NCBI GenBank assembly: GCA_965215195.1
Contig: CBDCDC010000002.1
Location: 1,760,001 to 1,824,000 of the forward strand
Length of the DNA stretch: 64,000 nucleotides
Source of the DNA: Candidatus Latescibacterota bacterium
GTDB taxonomy: Bacteria; Latescibacterota; UBA2968; UBA8231
Reading direction: 5' to 3'
Below, one piece after another: positions 40,052 through 48,705 of the stretch (position 1 is its first letter; each line of letters begins with the position of its first letter). The notes beneath the pieces were generated by a model that saw only the letters and a program-made list of their open reading frames with translations, did no database searches and was not told the DNA's origin. Made by a program: the position numbers and the translations under genes.

Positions 40052-40295
40052 TCTCGAAGTCCTTTTTCAACTCTTTGCGGGTTAAATTTGCAACGGATAC
40101 TTTGTACGATTTCAAGACATCAAAAAAGGCCACTCTGCTCAGGCCGGCAAGTTCTGCGGCTCGTCCTGAGGATAAGCGACCAATTTCATATAGTTTTGCT
40201 GCCAAAAGTATCCGTGCTTCCCGTGCAAATTCATCAGGAGTTTCTTGTAGAGCATTTAGAATGTTGGCGGGGCATTCAATTGTTATAGACGACAT
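40029..40295 (-). CDS. UPF0175 antitoxin-like protein
   Basis: AAKLYEIGRLSSGRAAELAGLSR. Confidence 0.85.
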   Translation of the reverse strand: MSSITIECPANILNALQETPDEFAREARILLAAKLYEIGRLSSGRAAELAGLSRVAFFDVLKSYKVSVANLTRKELKKDFESARKMRG

Positions 40296-40448
40296 CTTTG
40301 ATCTCATTCGTTTTCTTCTTTTTGGTTTAGCGGTCACGTACATCGTAGGCGTTGGCAATTCCATCACCTATCAGTTCGCCCTCCGATGGGGGCGCGGGCG
40401 GCTCCGCCAGAAAACATAAGGGAGGGGCAAAGGCGTTGTCAAAGGAGT

Positions 40449-40775
40449 TCAGGGTCGTTCATAAAGAACCTTCCCTTCGCGCAGCGCTGAACGCAACGCG
40501 GTTCCCACAAGGTGCCCGCGACGAGCGATTTCCTCGGGAGTCGCTACCACTATGTCCTTGCAAACCGGCAGATCGCCCAAGGCCCGGCGGATCTCGATAG
40601 CCTTGTTCCGCTTGTCAGACACCTTGGGCAGAATTACGAGCAGGTCAACATCGCTCCATTCGGTTGCCGTGCCCCGTGCATGAGACCCGAAGAGGACGAC
40701 CTGCGAAGACTGGAAGCCTCTCACGATGCGGTCCACCATAGTTGATATGAACTTTTCCGCTGCAGTCACATTCAT
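40449..40775 (-). CDS. Minimal nucleotidyltransferase (MNT)
   Basis: [15 protein letters not shown]; ATGA overlap with the DUF1156 stop. Confidence 0.88.
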   Translation of the reverse strand: MNVTAAEKFISTMVDRIVRGFQSSQVVLFGSHARGTATEWSDVDLLVILPKVSDKRNKAIEIRRALGDLPVCKDIVVATPEEIARRGHLVGTALRSALREGKVLYERP

Positions 40776-43747
40776 CTTGCACCTCCCGTATCGCCATCGC
40801 CAAACAGCCCGCCCTGTTCGGGCGGCACTTCCTGCCGCGATAGGTTGGCGATTTCGGGCCAGCTCTGGACTAGGCTGTTGTAGGAGAGGGCTTCGGCCGC
40901 GCGGCGTTTGCGCTCGCAGAGGGTGTAGAGGCGGTAGGCTAGTTCGCGGGCGATGTCGGCTGCCGCGCCGAGCTGGGCCACGACTCGCGCCGCTGCTGGT
41001 TCGCCGCCGGTCTCCAAGGCGCGGATGAGATGGTGAACGGCTTCCCACACGGTGAGGCGGTCGTCGGTCGTCGGGTCCCAGTCGTCGGCTAACTCGTCTG
41101 GGCGCAGCAGGCGCACCTTGCCCGCGCTAGAGGCGAGGATGCCGCCTTCAACGATGCCGGCGATGCTGGTGTTTTTGGCTTTGGACAAGGTTTCGGCGAC
41201 GCCGTATTCGCCCTCGTCAAAACCGTGCTGTTCAAACCATGCCAAGGCCCAGCGGCTGTCGGCGTCAAAGTCGCCTTCCTGTTCGGCGAGCACTTCATCG
41301 AGCATCTGGTTGATCAGCGCCAAGGCCTCGCGCACCGAGACGGGCTTGCCTTCGGCGTCGAGCACCTTGGCGTAGCGGGTGAACACGGCCATGCCCGGGC
41401 CGATGGCGGCTTGGGCGAGATCGACCGGGGCGATGTTGCCGGATTGCAGGTAGGTAAGGGCCGTGGGAAGTTCGGCTCTGAGTGCGGCGATAAACTCGCG
41501 GCGGGTGGCCATGGGTGCGTTGGCAGGGCGTTGGCGGCAGACGAGGACGATGCTAGAGGCGAGGGCGTTGGTGCCCTTTGCAATAATTCTCCCGGCTCCC
41601 TCAGTTCGTATTGGCCAAGTGCCGCTGAGCTTGAAACCGGCGCGAAGAGCGGCATCAAGAAATGTTTCCCATCCAGTACTCGCCGTGCCGGTGTCGCCTT
41701 TGGTCTCGGACTGCTTGAAAGCGTAGTAGATCGTGATTGGATAGGCCGGATGCGATTGCTCAGCGAGACGACGCATTGCCTCTGTCATTCCGGCGAGAAA
41801 AAAGGTTTCTGCTTTTTCCTTATTGCCATGCCGATGAGGAGTAGCGACTAATTCTTCGGCCTTCGGTACGGCAAGCGTGGAAAAGAGCTCGGGATAGATT
41901 GACCGTACCGCACGACGCAGCCAGACATAAAAGAAATCGGAAAGGTCCGCGTAGCCGATGTTGTCGTAGTACGGTGGGTCAGTAGAGATCAGCTTGTCGG
42001 TACTGATCGTTTGGTTGGCTGCATCGAATTGACCTCCCGATCCAGCATTTAGTGCAGGGAACGCATTAATCACCATTGCACCTTTATCAAGAGCTGTCTC
42101 TAAGCTGCCGCCAGCGTCTGCGAACGGATTCGCCTCAGCGAAGTCCCACACCATTGGTATCGCTTGGCGAGCGAAAGTCTCTCGAAATGCACCGCGATCA
42201 TTCATCCAAGAAGCAAGCGATGAACCGATGTTCGAGATCTTTGATAGGGCAAACGCCAAATACACTCCCACCGCCTCGGCATACGCTGTCGCGCCAGTAC
42301 CGCCCTCTCGCAGCGGCGCGTCATCTCCTTGTGGAGCGGCGGCCTTTGGAGCGAGGGCATCTTGCCCTCGTCGAGGGCGGGACGCCCTCGATCCTAACAT
42401 ATCGTTCTTGACGCGCTCCCTCGCTTCCCCCACCAAGTCGGAGAAGGTGGTCAGGGCGACGAGTTGGCGGGGAGTGAAGAGGTCGGCCCATGTGAAGAAA
42501 CCATATCCTCGACCGCTGACCAAGTCGCGTGTATCACGGTTCATCAGTTGGTCTGGCTTCCACGCAGGTTCCGCCAGCGCGACAACTTCCTCGTGCTCCG
42601 GCGTCGGTGCCAGATATACCCGGCCCCGGTCGCCTGCGGCCACGATCGCCATCAGCCTTGCCCCCATGCGTCCGGCCATGCTTTCAGCCTTGATGTAGGG
42701 ATCGTTGATAACAGCACCCGACATCACACAGCGAAAGTTCGCTCCCCGCGCCAGCTTCGTCCCCACCTTCGCCGCCTCCACATCCTCCGGCTTTCCCACC
42801 TTCACCACAAACCGATACCCACCCCCCTCAATCACCGGCTCGACATACGCCTCTTTCCCCTTCTTCGTCGAAAGCATAAAAGTCGAGGCCAGCGGCACAT
42901 CGACATCGGCAAACGCCGGATTCGGGCTTCTCACCGTCCGCGCCCACAGCCACGCAATCACCGTCAGCTTGCGCCCTTTATATCGTTCAAGATCGGGCCG
43001 TTCCGCGACCATCTCCTCGGTAATCTCAACCTTCGGATACAGGTGCCCAATGCGCCGCTCGGCCTCGTCGCGCATCCACTGGCCATAGTAGCGCACATCC
43101 TCGGCCAGCCCCTGCGCCCCCTTCCATTCGCGCTCGATCAGGCTCCTTTCCTCGCGGGAAGCCGGATTCACCGGCGGCTGACCAGCGAATTTCGGCGGGA
43201 TCTCGATCATGGCCTTGTTGATGAGCACCGCCACCGGATTGAGGTCGCTGGCATGAGCCTCAAGCCCCAACCGCTGCGCTTCCAACGGCAACGCGCCGCC
43301 GCCTGCAAACGGATCGTGAAAGGCCGGCAGCTTGTCCGGGTCGAACAATTCGGCAGCACGCGGGTGGTCGGTATTGTCGGCGCAGGTTCGCCGCCAGCTC
43401 TTGCCAATCTCCGCCCGCGCCCGTTCCAGCACCTGCTCGTTCGTGGTATTCTCCCACTTCACCAATTCTTCGATGAGTCGGAACAGCCGCTCGCGCTCCT
43501 TTTCCTGTTCGGCCTCCGTAAGGAACAAATCGGGGCTGGCCGACGGATCATCGACCATCTGTGCAAAAATGACCGCCCGCGCAGCCGCCAACGGACGCCG
43601 CGCCCACCACAAATGCAGCGTACTCGGATGCCCGTGCCGAATAGACTTCTCCCGCGCTGAGGCGGCGTTGATCGCGTCGAGCGGCAGGGCGACTTCAATG
43701 AGTTTTTTGCGGGAATTGGCTGGAGGTGGAAGTAGTGTATCCATCAT
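40772..43747 (-). CDS. DUF1156 adenine-specific DNA methyltransferase
   Basis: [23 protein letters not shown]. Confidence 0.93.
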   Translation of the reverse strand: MMDTLLPPPANSRKKLIEVALPLDAINAASAREKSIRHGHPSTLHLWWARRPLAAARAVIFAQMVDDPSASPDLFLTEAEQEKERERLFRLIEELVKWENTTNEQVLERARAEIGKSWRRTCADNTDHPRAAELFDPDKLPAFHDPFAGGGALPLEAQRLGLEAHASDLNPVAVLINKAMIEIPPKFAGQPPVNPASREERSLIEREWKGAQGLAEDVRYYGQWMRDEAERRIGHLYPKVEITEEMVAERPDLERYKGRKLTVIAWLWARTVRSPNPAFADVDVPLASTFMLSTKKGKEAYVEPVIEGGGYRFVVKVGKPEDVEAAKVGTKLARGANFRCVMSGAVINDPYIKAESMAGRMGARLMAIVAAGDRGRVYLAPTPEHEEVVALAEPAWKPDQLMNRDTRDLVSGRGYGFFTWADLFTPRQLVALTTFSDLVGEARERVKNDMLGSRASRPRRGQDALAPKAAAPQGDDAPLREGGTGATAYAEAVGVYLAFALSKISNIGSSLASWMNDRGAFRETFARQAIPMVWDFAEANPFADAGGSLETALDKGAMVINAFPALNAGSGGQFDAANQTISTDKLISTDPPYYDNIGYADLSDFFYVWLRRAVRSIYPELFSTLAVPKAEELVATPHRHGNKEKAETFFLAGMTEAMRRLAEQSHPAYPITIYYAFKQSETKGDTGTASTGWETFLDAALRAGFKLSGTWPIRTEGAGRIIAKGTNALASSIVLVCRQRPANAPMATRREFIAALRAELPTALTYLQSGNIAPVDLAQAAIGPGMAVFTRYAKVLDAEGKPVSVREALALINQMLDEVLAEQEGDFDADSRWALAWFEQHGFDEGEYGVAETLSKAKNTSIAGIVEGGILASSAGKVRLLRPDELADDWDPTTDDRLTVWEAVHHLIRALETGGEPAAARVVAQLGAAADIARELAYRLYTLCERKRRAAEALSYNSLVQSWPEIANLSRQEVPPEQGGLFGDGDTGGAR
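42352..42394 (-). repeat. REP-like core inserted in-frame in DUF1156
   Basis: Reverse complement of the MITE core ggatcgagggcgtcccgccctcgacgagggcaagatgccctcg; encodes [14 protein letters not shown]. Confidence 0.9.
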
Positions 43748-43766
43748 TTTTTAACGAGAGCTGTTA

Positions 43767-43803
43767 GAAAGAAAAACGGGCTACGCCTTTTGACGTAACC
43801 CGT
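43767..43803 (-). terminator. Rho-independent terminator after tRNA-Arg
   Basis: acgggttacgtc-aaaa-ggcgtagcccgt stem followed by a T-rich tail on the minus strand. Confidence 0.7.
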
Positions 43804-43812
43804 TGTTTTTAA

Positions 43813-43889
43813 TGGCGCACCCACAGGGACTCGAACCCCGAACCTTCTGATCCGTAGTCAGGTGCTCTATCCAATTGAGCTATGGGTGC
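43813..43889 (-). tRNA. tRNA-Arg(ACG)
   Basis: Cloverleaf, anticodon loop CTACGGA, GTTCGA T-loop, CCA end. Confidence 0.96.
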
Positions 43890-43914
43890 ATAGCAAGCTG
43901 TAATGTAGTGTCAT

Positions 43915-43943
43915 AAAATAGACGCGGCCCCCACCCTCGTCAA
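43915..43943 (-). promoter_or_regulatory. Sigma70-like promoter for tRNA-Arg(ACG)
   Basis: TTGACG-17 bp-TATTTT. Confidence 0.55.
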
Positions 43944-45115
43944 GGCACAAGCCCCTCGGACAAAGCCTCCAAGTACTTGTAGCCCGACCCCGTATTGAAG
44001 AGCACTACCCGCTCGTCCGCGCCCACTAGTCCCTGCTCCTTGAGCTTGATTAGGGCCGCTAGCGTTGCCCCGCCTTCGGGCGCGGGGAAAATGCCGGCGT
44101 GCGCCGCCATGCTGTGCGAATGCGCGAGCAATTCCCCGTCGCTGACAGCGAGGGCTGTGCCGCCGCTTTCCCGCAACACCTGCAACATCAGAAAGTCGCC
44201 GACCGCGCTGGGGACGCGCAGGCCCGAAGCCACGGTGTGGGCGTCTTCCCACGCCTCGGCGGCTTCGTGGCCGCGGGCAAAGGCGCGGACAATCGGCGCA
44301 CAGCCTTCGGCCTGCACCGAGATCATCCGCGGCCGGTGCCGGCCAATCCAGCCGAGTTGCTCCAGCTCGGCAAAAGCCTTCCACATCCCGATCAGCCCAG
44401 TGCCCCCGCCAGTGGGATAAATCACCACCTCGGGCAGGGACCAATCCATCTGCTCGGCCAGCTCATAGCCCAAGGTCTTTTTGCCTTCAATGCGGTACGG
44501 CTCCTTCAGGGTCGATACCTCAAACCACCCCTCAGCTTCCTTGCGCTCGCCGACGATGCGGCCGCAATCGCTGATTAGCCCGTCGACCAGCTCGACCTCG
44601 GCACCACAGGACCGGCATTCGGCGACAAAGGCCAGCGGCGTATCGCTGGGCATAAAGACAATCGCCGGCAGACCACAGGCGGCCGCGTAGGCCGCCAGCG
44701 CACCCCCAGCATTGCCCGCCGTGGGGATGGCCAGCTTTTTCGCGCCCCGGGCGCGGGCGCAGGTGACGGCGGCCGAAAGGCCGCGGGCCTTGAAGGAGCC
44801 GGTGGGGTTGGGCGATTCGTCCTTGATGTAGAGCTGGGAAAAACCCGCCCATTGCCCCAAGCGCTCCGGGCGCTGCAACGGGGTGAAGCCCTCGCCGAGG
44901 GAGACGATTTCCGCGGGCGAGCGGATGGGCATGACTTCCCGGTAGCGCCACATCGTCGGCGGGCGGGTGCCGAGCGCGGCGCGGGCCAGCGCGTGGCCAG
45001 CCCGGGCGAGGTCGTAGCGGGCGAGGAGGGGCGCACCAACCTCTGAGAGGTTGTGCAGCGCGTCGGCGTCGTAGCGCACACCCGTGCGGGCGCACTCTAG
45101 ATGGGTCAGGAACAC
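43940..45115 (-). CDS. thrC: Threonine synthase
   Basis: SLGEG.TPL, NPTGSFKARG, EGKKT, PTGGG. Confidence 0.88.
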   Translation of the reverse strand: MFLTHLECARTGVRYDADALHNLSEVGAPLLARYDLARAGHALARAALGTRPPTMWRYREVMPIRSPAEIVSLGEGFTPLQRPERLGQWAGFSQLYIKDESPNPTGSFKARGLSAAVTCARARGAKKLAIPTAGNAGGALAAYAAACGLPAIVFMPSDTPLAFVAECRSCGAEVELVDGLISDCGRIVGERKEAEGWFEVSTLKEPYRIEGKKTLGYELAEQMDWSLPEVVIYPTGGGTGLIGMWKAFAELEQLGWIGRHRPRMISVQAEGCAPIVRAFARGHEAAEAWEDAHTVASGLRVPSAVGDFLMLQVLRESGGTALAVSDGELLAHSHSMAAHAGIFPAPEGGATLAALIKLKEQGLVGADERVVLFNTGSGYKYLEALSEGLVP

Positions 45116-45681
45116 GGGGCGGCGTACAGTCCTTTCGCACGTATGTGGGCCTCGACCGCTTCGGGCACCATGTAGCGGATGGGCAGGCCAGCGGCCCGGC
45201 GCGTCCGAATCTCGGTCGAGGATAGCTCAATGAGCGGGGTATCTATAAAGCGCAGGCGCGGGTCGCCTTCTATCACCTCGCCCGGGCGCGCACCCACTAC
45301 CACCGTACACTGGGCAAAAATGCCTTCGAGATCGTGCCAAGCGTCGAGCTGGGCGATGTTGTCCGCGCCGATGATGAAAAACAGCGCGGCATGGGGATGA
45401 CGCTGGTGCAGCAGGCGCAGGGTTTCGACGGTATAGGACTTGCCCGGGCGGTCTAGCTCCAAGCGCGAGGCCGCAAAGTCGGCGCAGCCAGCCACGGCCA
45501 GCTCGACCATGGCCCAGCGTTCCTCGGCCGGCGCGTACGCGCCCTGCTTGAGCGGCGGAGCGGCCGCTGGAATGAAGAGCACTTGGTCGAGGGGAATTTT
45601 CTCTAAGGCGAAGCGGGCCAAAAGCAGGTGGCCGTGGTGGATGGGGTCAAAGGTGCCGCCGATGACGCCGATGCGCCGCAT
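45106..45681 (-). CDS. nadD: Nicotinate-nucleotide adenylyltransferase
   Basis: GGTFDPIHHGH, IIGAD, LSSTEIR. Confidence 0.95.
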   Translation of the reverse strand: MRRIGVIGGTFDPIHHGHLLLARFALEKIPLDQVLFIPAAAPPLKQGAYAPAEERWAMVELAVAGCADFAASRLELDRPGKSYTVETLRLLHQRHPHAALFFIIGADNIAQLDAWHDLEGIFAQCTVVVGARPGEVIEGDPRLRFIDTPLIELSSTEIRTRRAAGLPIRYMVPEAVEAHIRAKGLYAAPCS

Positions 45682-45683
45682 CT

Positions 45684-46430
45684 TCAGCCCGGCGATTGGC
45701 TCAGCCCGGACAGGTGCTTTTGCACGTCCTCCACGAGGTCCGGGTCGCCGCTTTCTTGCAGCACTTCCTTCCAATAGCGCACCGCGAGATCCACCTCGCC
45801 TTGGGCGCGGGCGATCTCGCCCATGCGGAAGAGGGTGGTGTAATACCACTCGCCTACGTCTGGGTACTCGCGCAGAACTTCCTCGTAGGTCATTTTGGCC
45901 GCGTCGAGATAGCCCTGTTTGTGGTACAGGCGGGCACTTAAGTACTGCTTTTTGGCCAAGCGGCCCCGGCACTCGACGATGCGCTGGCGGGCCTGTGCGG
46001 CGAGGGGGGAGTCGGCATGGTCCTCGATGAAGTTGCGGAAGGCCGTCAGGGCCTCAAAGGTCTCCTGCTGGTCGAGCTCCGGGCGGCGCAATTGCTTGAA
46101 GTACGACTCGCCTATCTTGAACTGGGCCTCAACCGCCCACTCGCTAGAGGGATAAATATCGACGATGCGCTGATACTCAAAGGCTGCGTTGACCCAATCG
46201 CGATTGCAAAAGTACGCTTCGGCGAGGAGAAACTGGGCCTCGGCCACCCGGCGCGAGCCGGGAAAGTTGCTGACTAAGCGCTTGAAGTGCTCGGAAGCCT
46301 CTAGACAGCGGTTTTTCTGCATGGCCTTTTGGCCCTCTTCAAAGTAGTAATCCGCGCCTTGGAGCTTCTCGGACGGCGTACTGGCGCAGGCGGCCACGCA
46401 CAGGGCGAGCGGGAAAGCGAGGTATTTCAT
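45684..46430 (-). CDS. bamD: Outer membrane assembly lipoprotein BamD
   Basis: Lipobox, TPRs, ELDQ..T..A...F motif; adjacent to nadD. Confidence 0.85.
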   Translation of the reverse strand: MKYLAFPLALCVAACASTPSEKLQGADYYFEEGQKAMQKNRCLEASEHFKRLVSNFPGSRRVAEAQFLLAEAYFCNRDWVNAAFEYQRIVDIYPSSEWAVEAQFKIGESYFKQLRRPELDQQETFEALTAFRNFIEDHADSPLAAQARQRIVECRGRLAKKQYLSARLYHKQGYLDAAKMTYEEVLREYPDVGEWYYTTLFRMGEIARAQGEVDLAVRYWKEVLQESGDPDLVEDVQKHLSGLSQSPG

Positions 46431-46432
46431 AG

Positions 46433-47056
46433 CTAGCGATTAGAAAAGAACAAATAGATAAGCCCACCGAGCACGGTGGATACGATCACGGGTTCGACGA
46501 ACTTGCTCCACGTTTGTTCCTCTAACTCGGTCTGGGCGAATTTGAACTGGTCGTGCTGGAGTATTTCTAGCTGCTTTTTGGGGATCCGATCGCGCTGCAT
46601 ACGGGTGATTTCGTCCTGCCAGTGGACCACGTCGTCGCGCTCGTCGCTCAAGCGCAGGGCGAGCGTTACCCGGCCTTGGCGGCTGACCTCGCTGCCGCGC
46701 AATCCCGAATGCGCCACAACGCCGAGATCGAGCACCCGGTAGGACAGGCGCATACTCGTCGATTGGGCCACAGTCGAATCCAAGGTCACGCTAAAGCCGC
46801 GCGTCAGCAGCCGGTTGGCCAGCAGGTGCTCGACCATCCAATTGGCGTCGTGCTTGCTCTGCGCCACGACCAACAAGGGAGCCGTCGCCGCGTCGGCTGG
46901 CATCTCAATGCGCGCCAAACTCTCATCGACCGCACTCGCCACGGTCTCGACCAACAAGTCCATATTGGTGGGAAAAGGAACGGCGACCGACGCGGTGGCA
47001 CAGACCATCAGCGCGGACAAAAGGCAATAACAGGCTCGGAGCAAGATCGTTGTCAT
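46433..47056 (-). CDS. Hypothetical exported/membrane protein
   Basis: Signal peptide and C-terminal TM; inside the operon. Confidence 0.65.
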   Translation of the reverse strand: MTTILLRACYCLLSALMVCATASVAVPFPTNMDLLVETVASAVDESLARIEMPADAATAPLLVVAQSKHDANWMVEHLLANRLLTRGFSVTLDSTVAQSTSMRLSYRVLDLGVVAHSGLRGSEVSRQGRVTLALRLSDERDDVVHWQDEITRMQRDRIPKKQLEILQHDQFKFAQTELEEQTWSKFVEPVIVSTVLGGLIYLFFSNR

Positions 47057-47793
47057 CAACCACCGAGGTATTTTATTTTTTCGCGGGCAGCGGGCGCGTA
47101 TTCGCTGTCGGGATATTCGTCGAGCAGCTTGTGCAAGGCCGCAAGCGCCCGGTCGCGCTCGTCCAAAGCGATGTGGCAGCGGGCGATTTTTAGCTGGGCG
47201 TCGTCGGCCTTACCCGTGTTGCTGAAGGCAAACACCTTGGTGAATTCGATGAGCGCCTGCCGGTATTTGCCCAGCCCGTAATAGCACTCGCCCTTCCAGT
47301 ACTGGGCGTTGTCGGACCACTCGCTCATAGGTGCCTCCGACAGCAAGCGGTCAAACTCGACCAAGGCGCGGTCGTATTGTTCGTGGCGATAGTAGTAGAG
47401 CGCACCTTGGTACATGTTGAACGCATCGCTGTTGCCGACGTCAGCCGTCGTATCGGCCTGTGTATCGCGGTTGCTGGTTGTAGCGACGACGCGCGGCCGC
47501 AGCGCACGGCGCGGCAAAGAATCTAGCCGCGCACTTAGGACGCGACTCTGGGCTTGGAGGGCTTGGAGGGCCTGCCGCAACTGGGCGTTGGATGTCTCTA
47601 GCTGGCGTATGCGCTCGGCCATGGCCTGCTCGCGCTCGTACGCGGCCGCAACGGCGCGTTCGAGAGCTTGGAGGGCCCCGCTTTTTTCTTCCTGCTGGGC
47701 CTCTTCCCACTGGACGGGAGGTTGTCCGGCTTGCGGCGCAGCACAGGCCCCAAGGCCCAAGGCCAACACCAACGCGCTTTTCGCGCTTTTCAT
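47056..47793 (-). CDS. cpoB: Tol-Pal system protein YbgF/CpoB
   Basis: Lipoprotein, coiled coil, NAQYWKGECYY, DAQLK TPRs. Confidence 0.8.
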   Translation of the reverse strand: MKSAKSALVLALGLGACAAPQAGQPPVQWEEAQQEEKSGALQALERAVAAAYEREQAMAERIRQLETSNAQLRQALQALQAQSRVLSARLDSLPRRALRPRVVATTSNRDTQADTTADVGNSDAFNMYQGALYYYRHEQYDRALVEFDRLLSEAPMSEWSDNAQYWKGECYYGLGKYRQALIEFTKVFAFSNTGKADDAQLKIARCHIALDERDRALAALHKLLDEYPDSEYAPAAREKIKYLGG

Positions 47794-47877
47794 CGCATTT
47801 TTAATCGGAAGCACCAATGAACCATCTTCGACGAATATAGCATAATCCCCCTCCCAAACCAAGTGTCCGTCAGGGGA

Positions 47878-48378
47878 TCACGCGCTGGGCAGCACCTTGA
47901 TGCGCTCGACTAATTGGGTGGTGGAAACGCCCGGCCACAGGGGCAGGGCGCGAACTTGGCCGCCGTGCGCTTCGACGTGTTCGCGGCCGACGATGGCGGC
48001 CGGGGCGTAATCGCCACCCTTGACCAAGACATCGGGCGCAAGCGCGGCCACGAGGCTCTCGACGCTTTCACCCGCGAAGATGCACACATGCGAAACGCAT
48101 TCTAGGGCCGCCAGCACAGCGGCGCGGTCGCCTTGCGGGCACAGGGGCCGTCCGGGGCCCTTGAGGGCGCGGACCCCGTCGTCGTCGTTTAACCCCACCG
48201 CGAGACAGTCCCCCAAGGTGCGCGCCGCACGCAAGTACTCGACGTGACCTCGGTGCAGCAAGTCAAAGCATCCATTGGTGAAGACAAAAGTCTGCCGCGC
48301 TTTTTTCACTTGGCTGCGGATGGCGAGCAACTGGTCGTGCGTAATGATTTTGGCGGGATAGGACGCGGGCGACTGCAT
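47878..48378 (-). CDS. rfaE2: D-glycero-beta-D-manno-heptose 1-phosphate adenylyltransferase
   Basis: [29 protein letters not shown]. Confidence 0.9.
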   Translation of the reverse strand: MQSPASYPAKIITHDQLLAIRSQVKKARQTFVFTNGCFDLLHRGHVEYLRAARTLGDCLAVGLNDDDGVRALKGPGRPLCPQGDRAAVLAALECVSHVCIFAGESVESLVAALAPDVLVKGGDYAPAAIVGREHVEAHGGQVRALPLWPGVSTTQLVERIKVLPSA

Positions 48379-48392
48379 GGGCAAAGACGAGA

Positions 48393-48470
48393 TGGGGTGG
48401 ATGACGGGAGTTGAACCCGCGCCCTCCAGGGCCACAACCTGGCGCTCTAACCAACTGAGCTACATCCACC
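48393..48470 (-). tRNA. tRNA-His(GTG)
   Basis: G-1, anticodon loop TTGTGGC, CCA end. Confidence 0.96.
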
Positions 48471-48490
48471 ACTAGGTCTTGAGGGCTACA

Positions 48491-48567
48491 TGGCGTGCCC
48501 AGTAGGACTCGAACCTACGACCGTCTGCTTAGAAGGCAGATGCTCTATCCAACTGAGCTATGGGCAC
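48491..48567 (-). tRNA. tRNA-Arg(TCT)
   Basis: Anticodon loop TTCTAA, GTTCGA T-loop, CCA end. Confidence 0.96.
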
Positions 48568-48628
48568 ATCGCCACAAGCGGCTAAAAATTTTACCTGCCG
48601 ACCAGAGGGTCGGTACAAGCATCCAAAG

Positions 48629-48657
48629 ATATTAGGGGCTACTGCGATCAAAGTCAA
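48629..48657 (-). promoter_or_regulatory. Sigma70-like promoter for the tRNA-Arg/His operon
   Basis: TTGACT-17 bp-TAATAT. Confidence 0.6.
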
Positions 48658-48705
48658 CGCGCCGCACGGCTAGGCCGGGCCGCCGCTTTCGCTGTTGACG
48701 GCTTG

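Noticed and set aside
32450-43889. tRNA-integrated prophage or ICE
   Set aside because: No integrase, phage or conjugation genes, and no duplicated tRNA 3' end found
48379-48472. ORF extensions across the tRNA region
   Set aside because: They overlap tRNA-His; the rfaE2 start is placed at 48378
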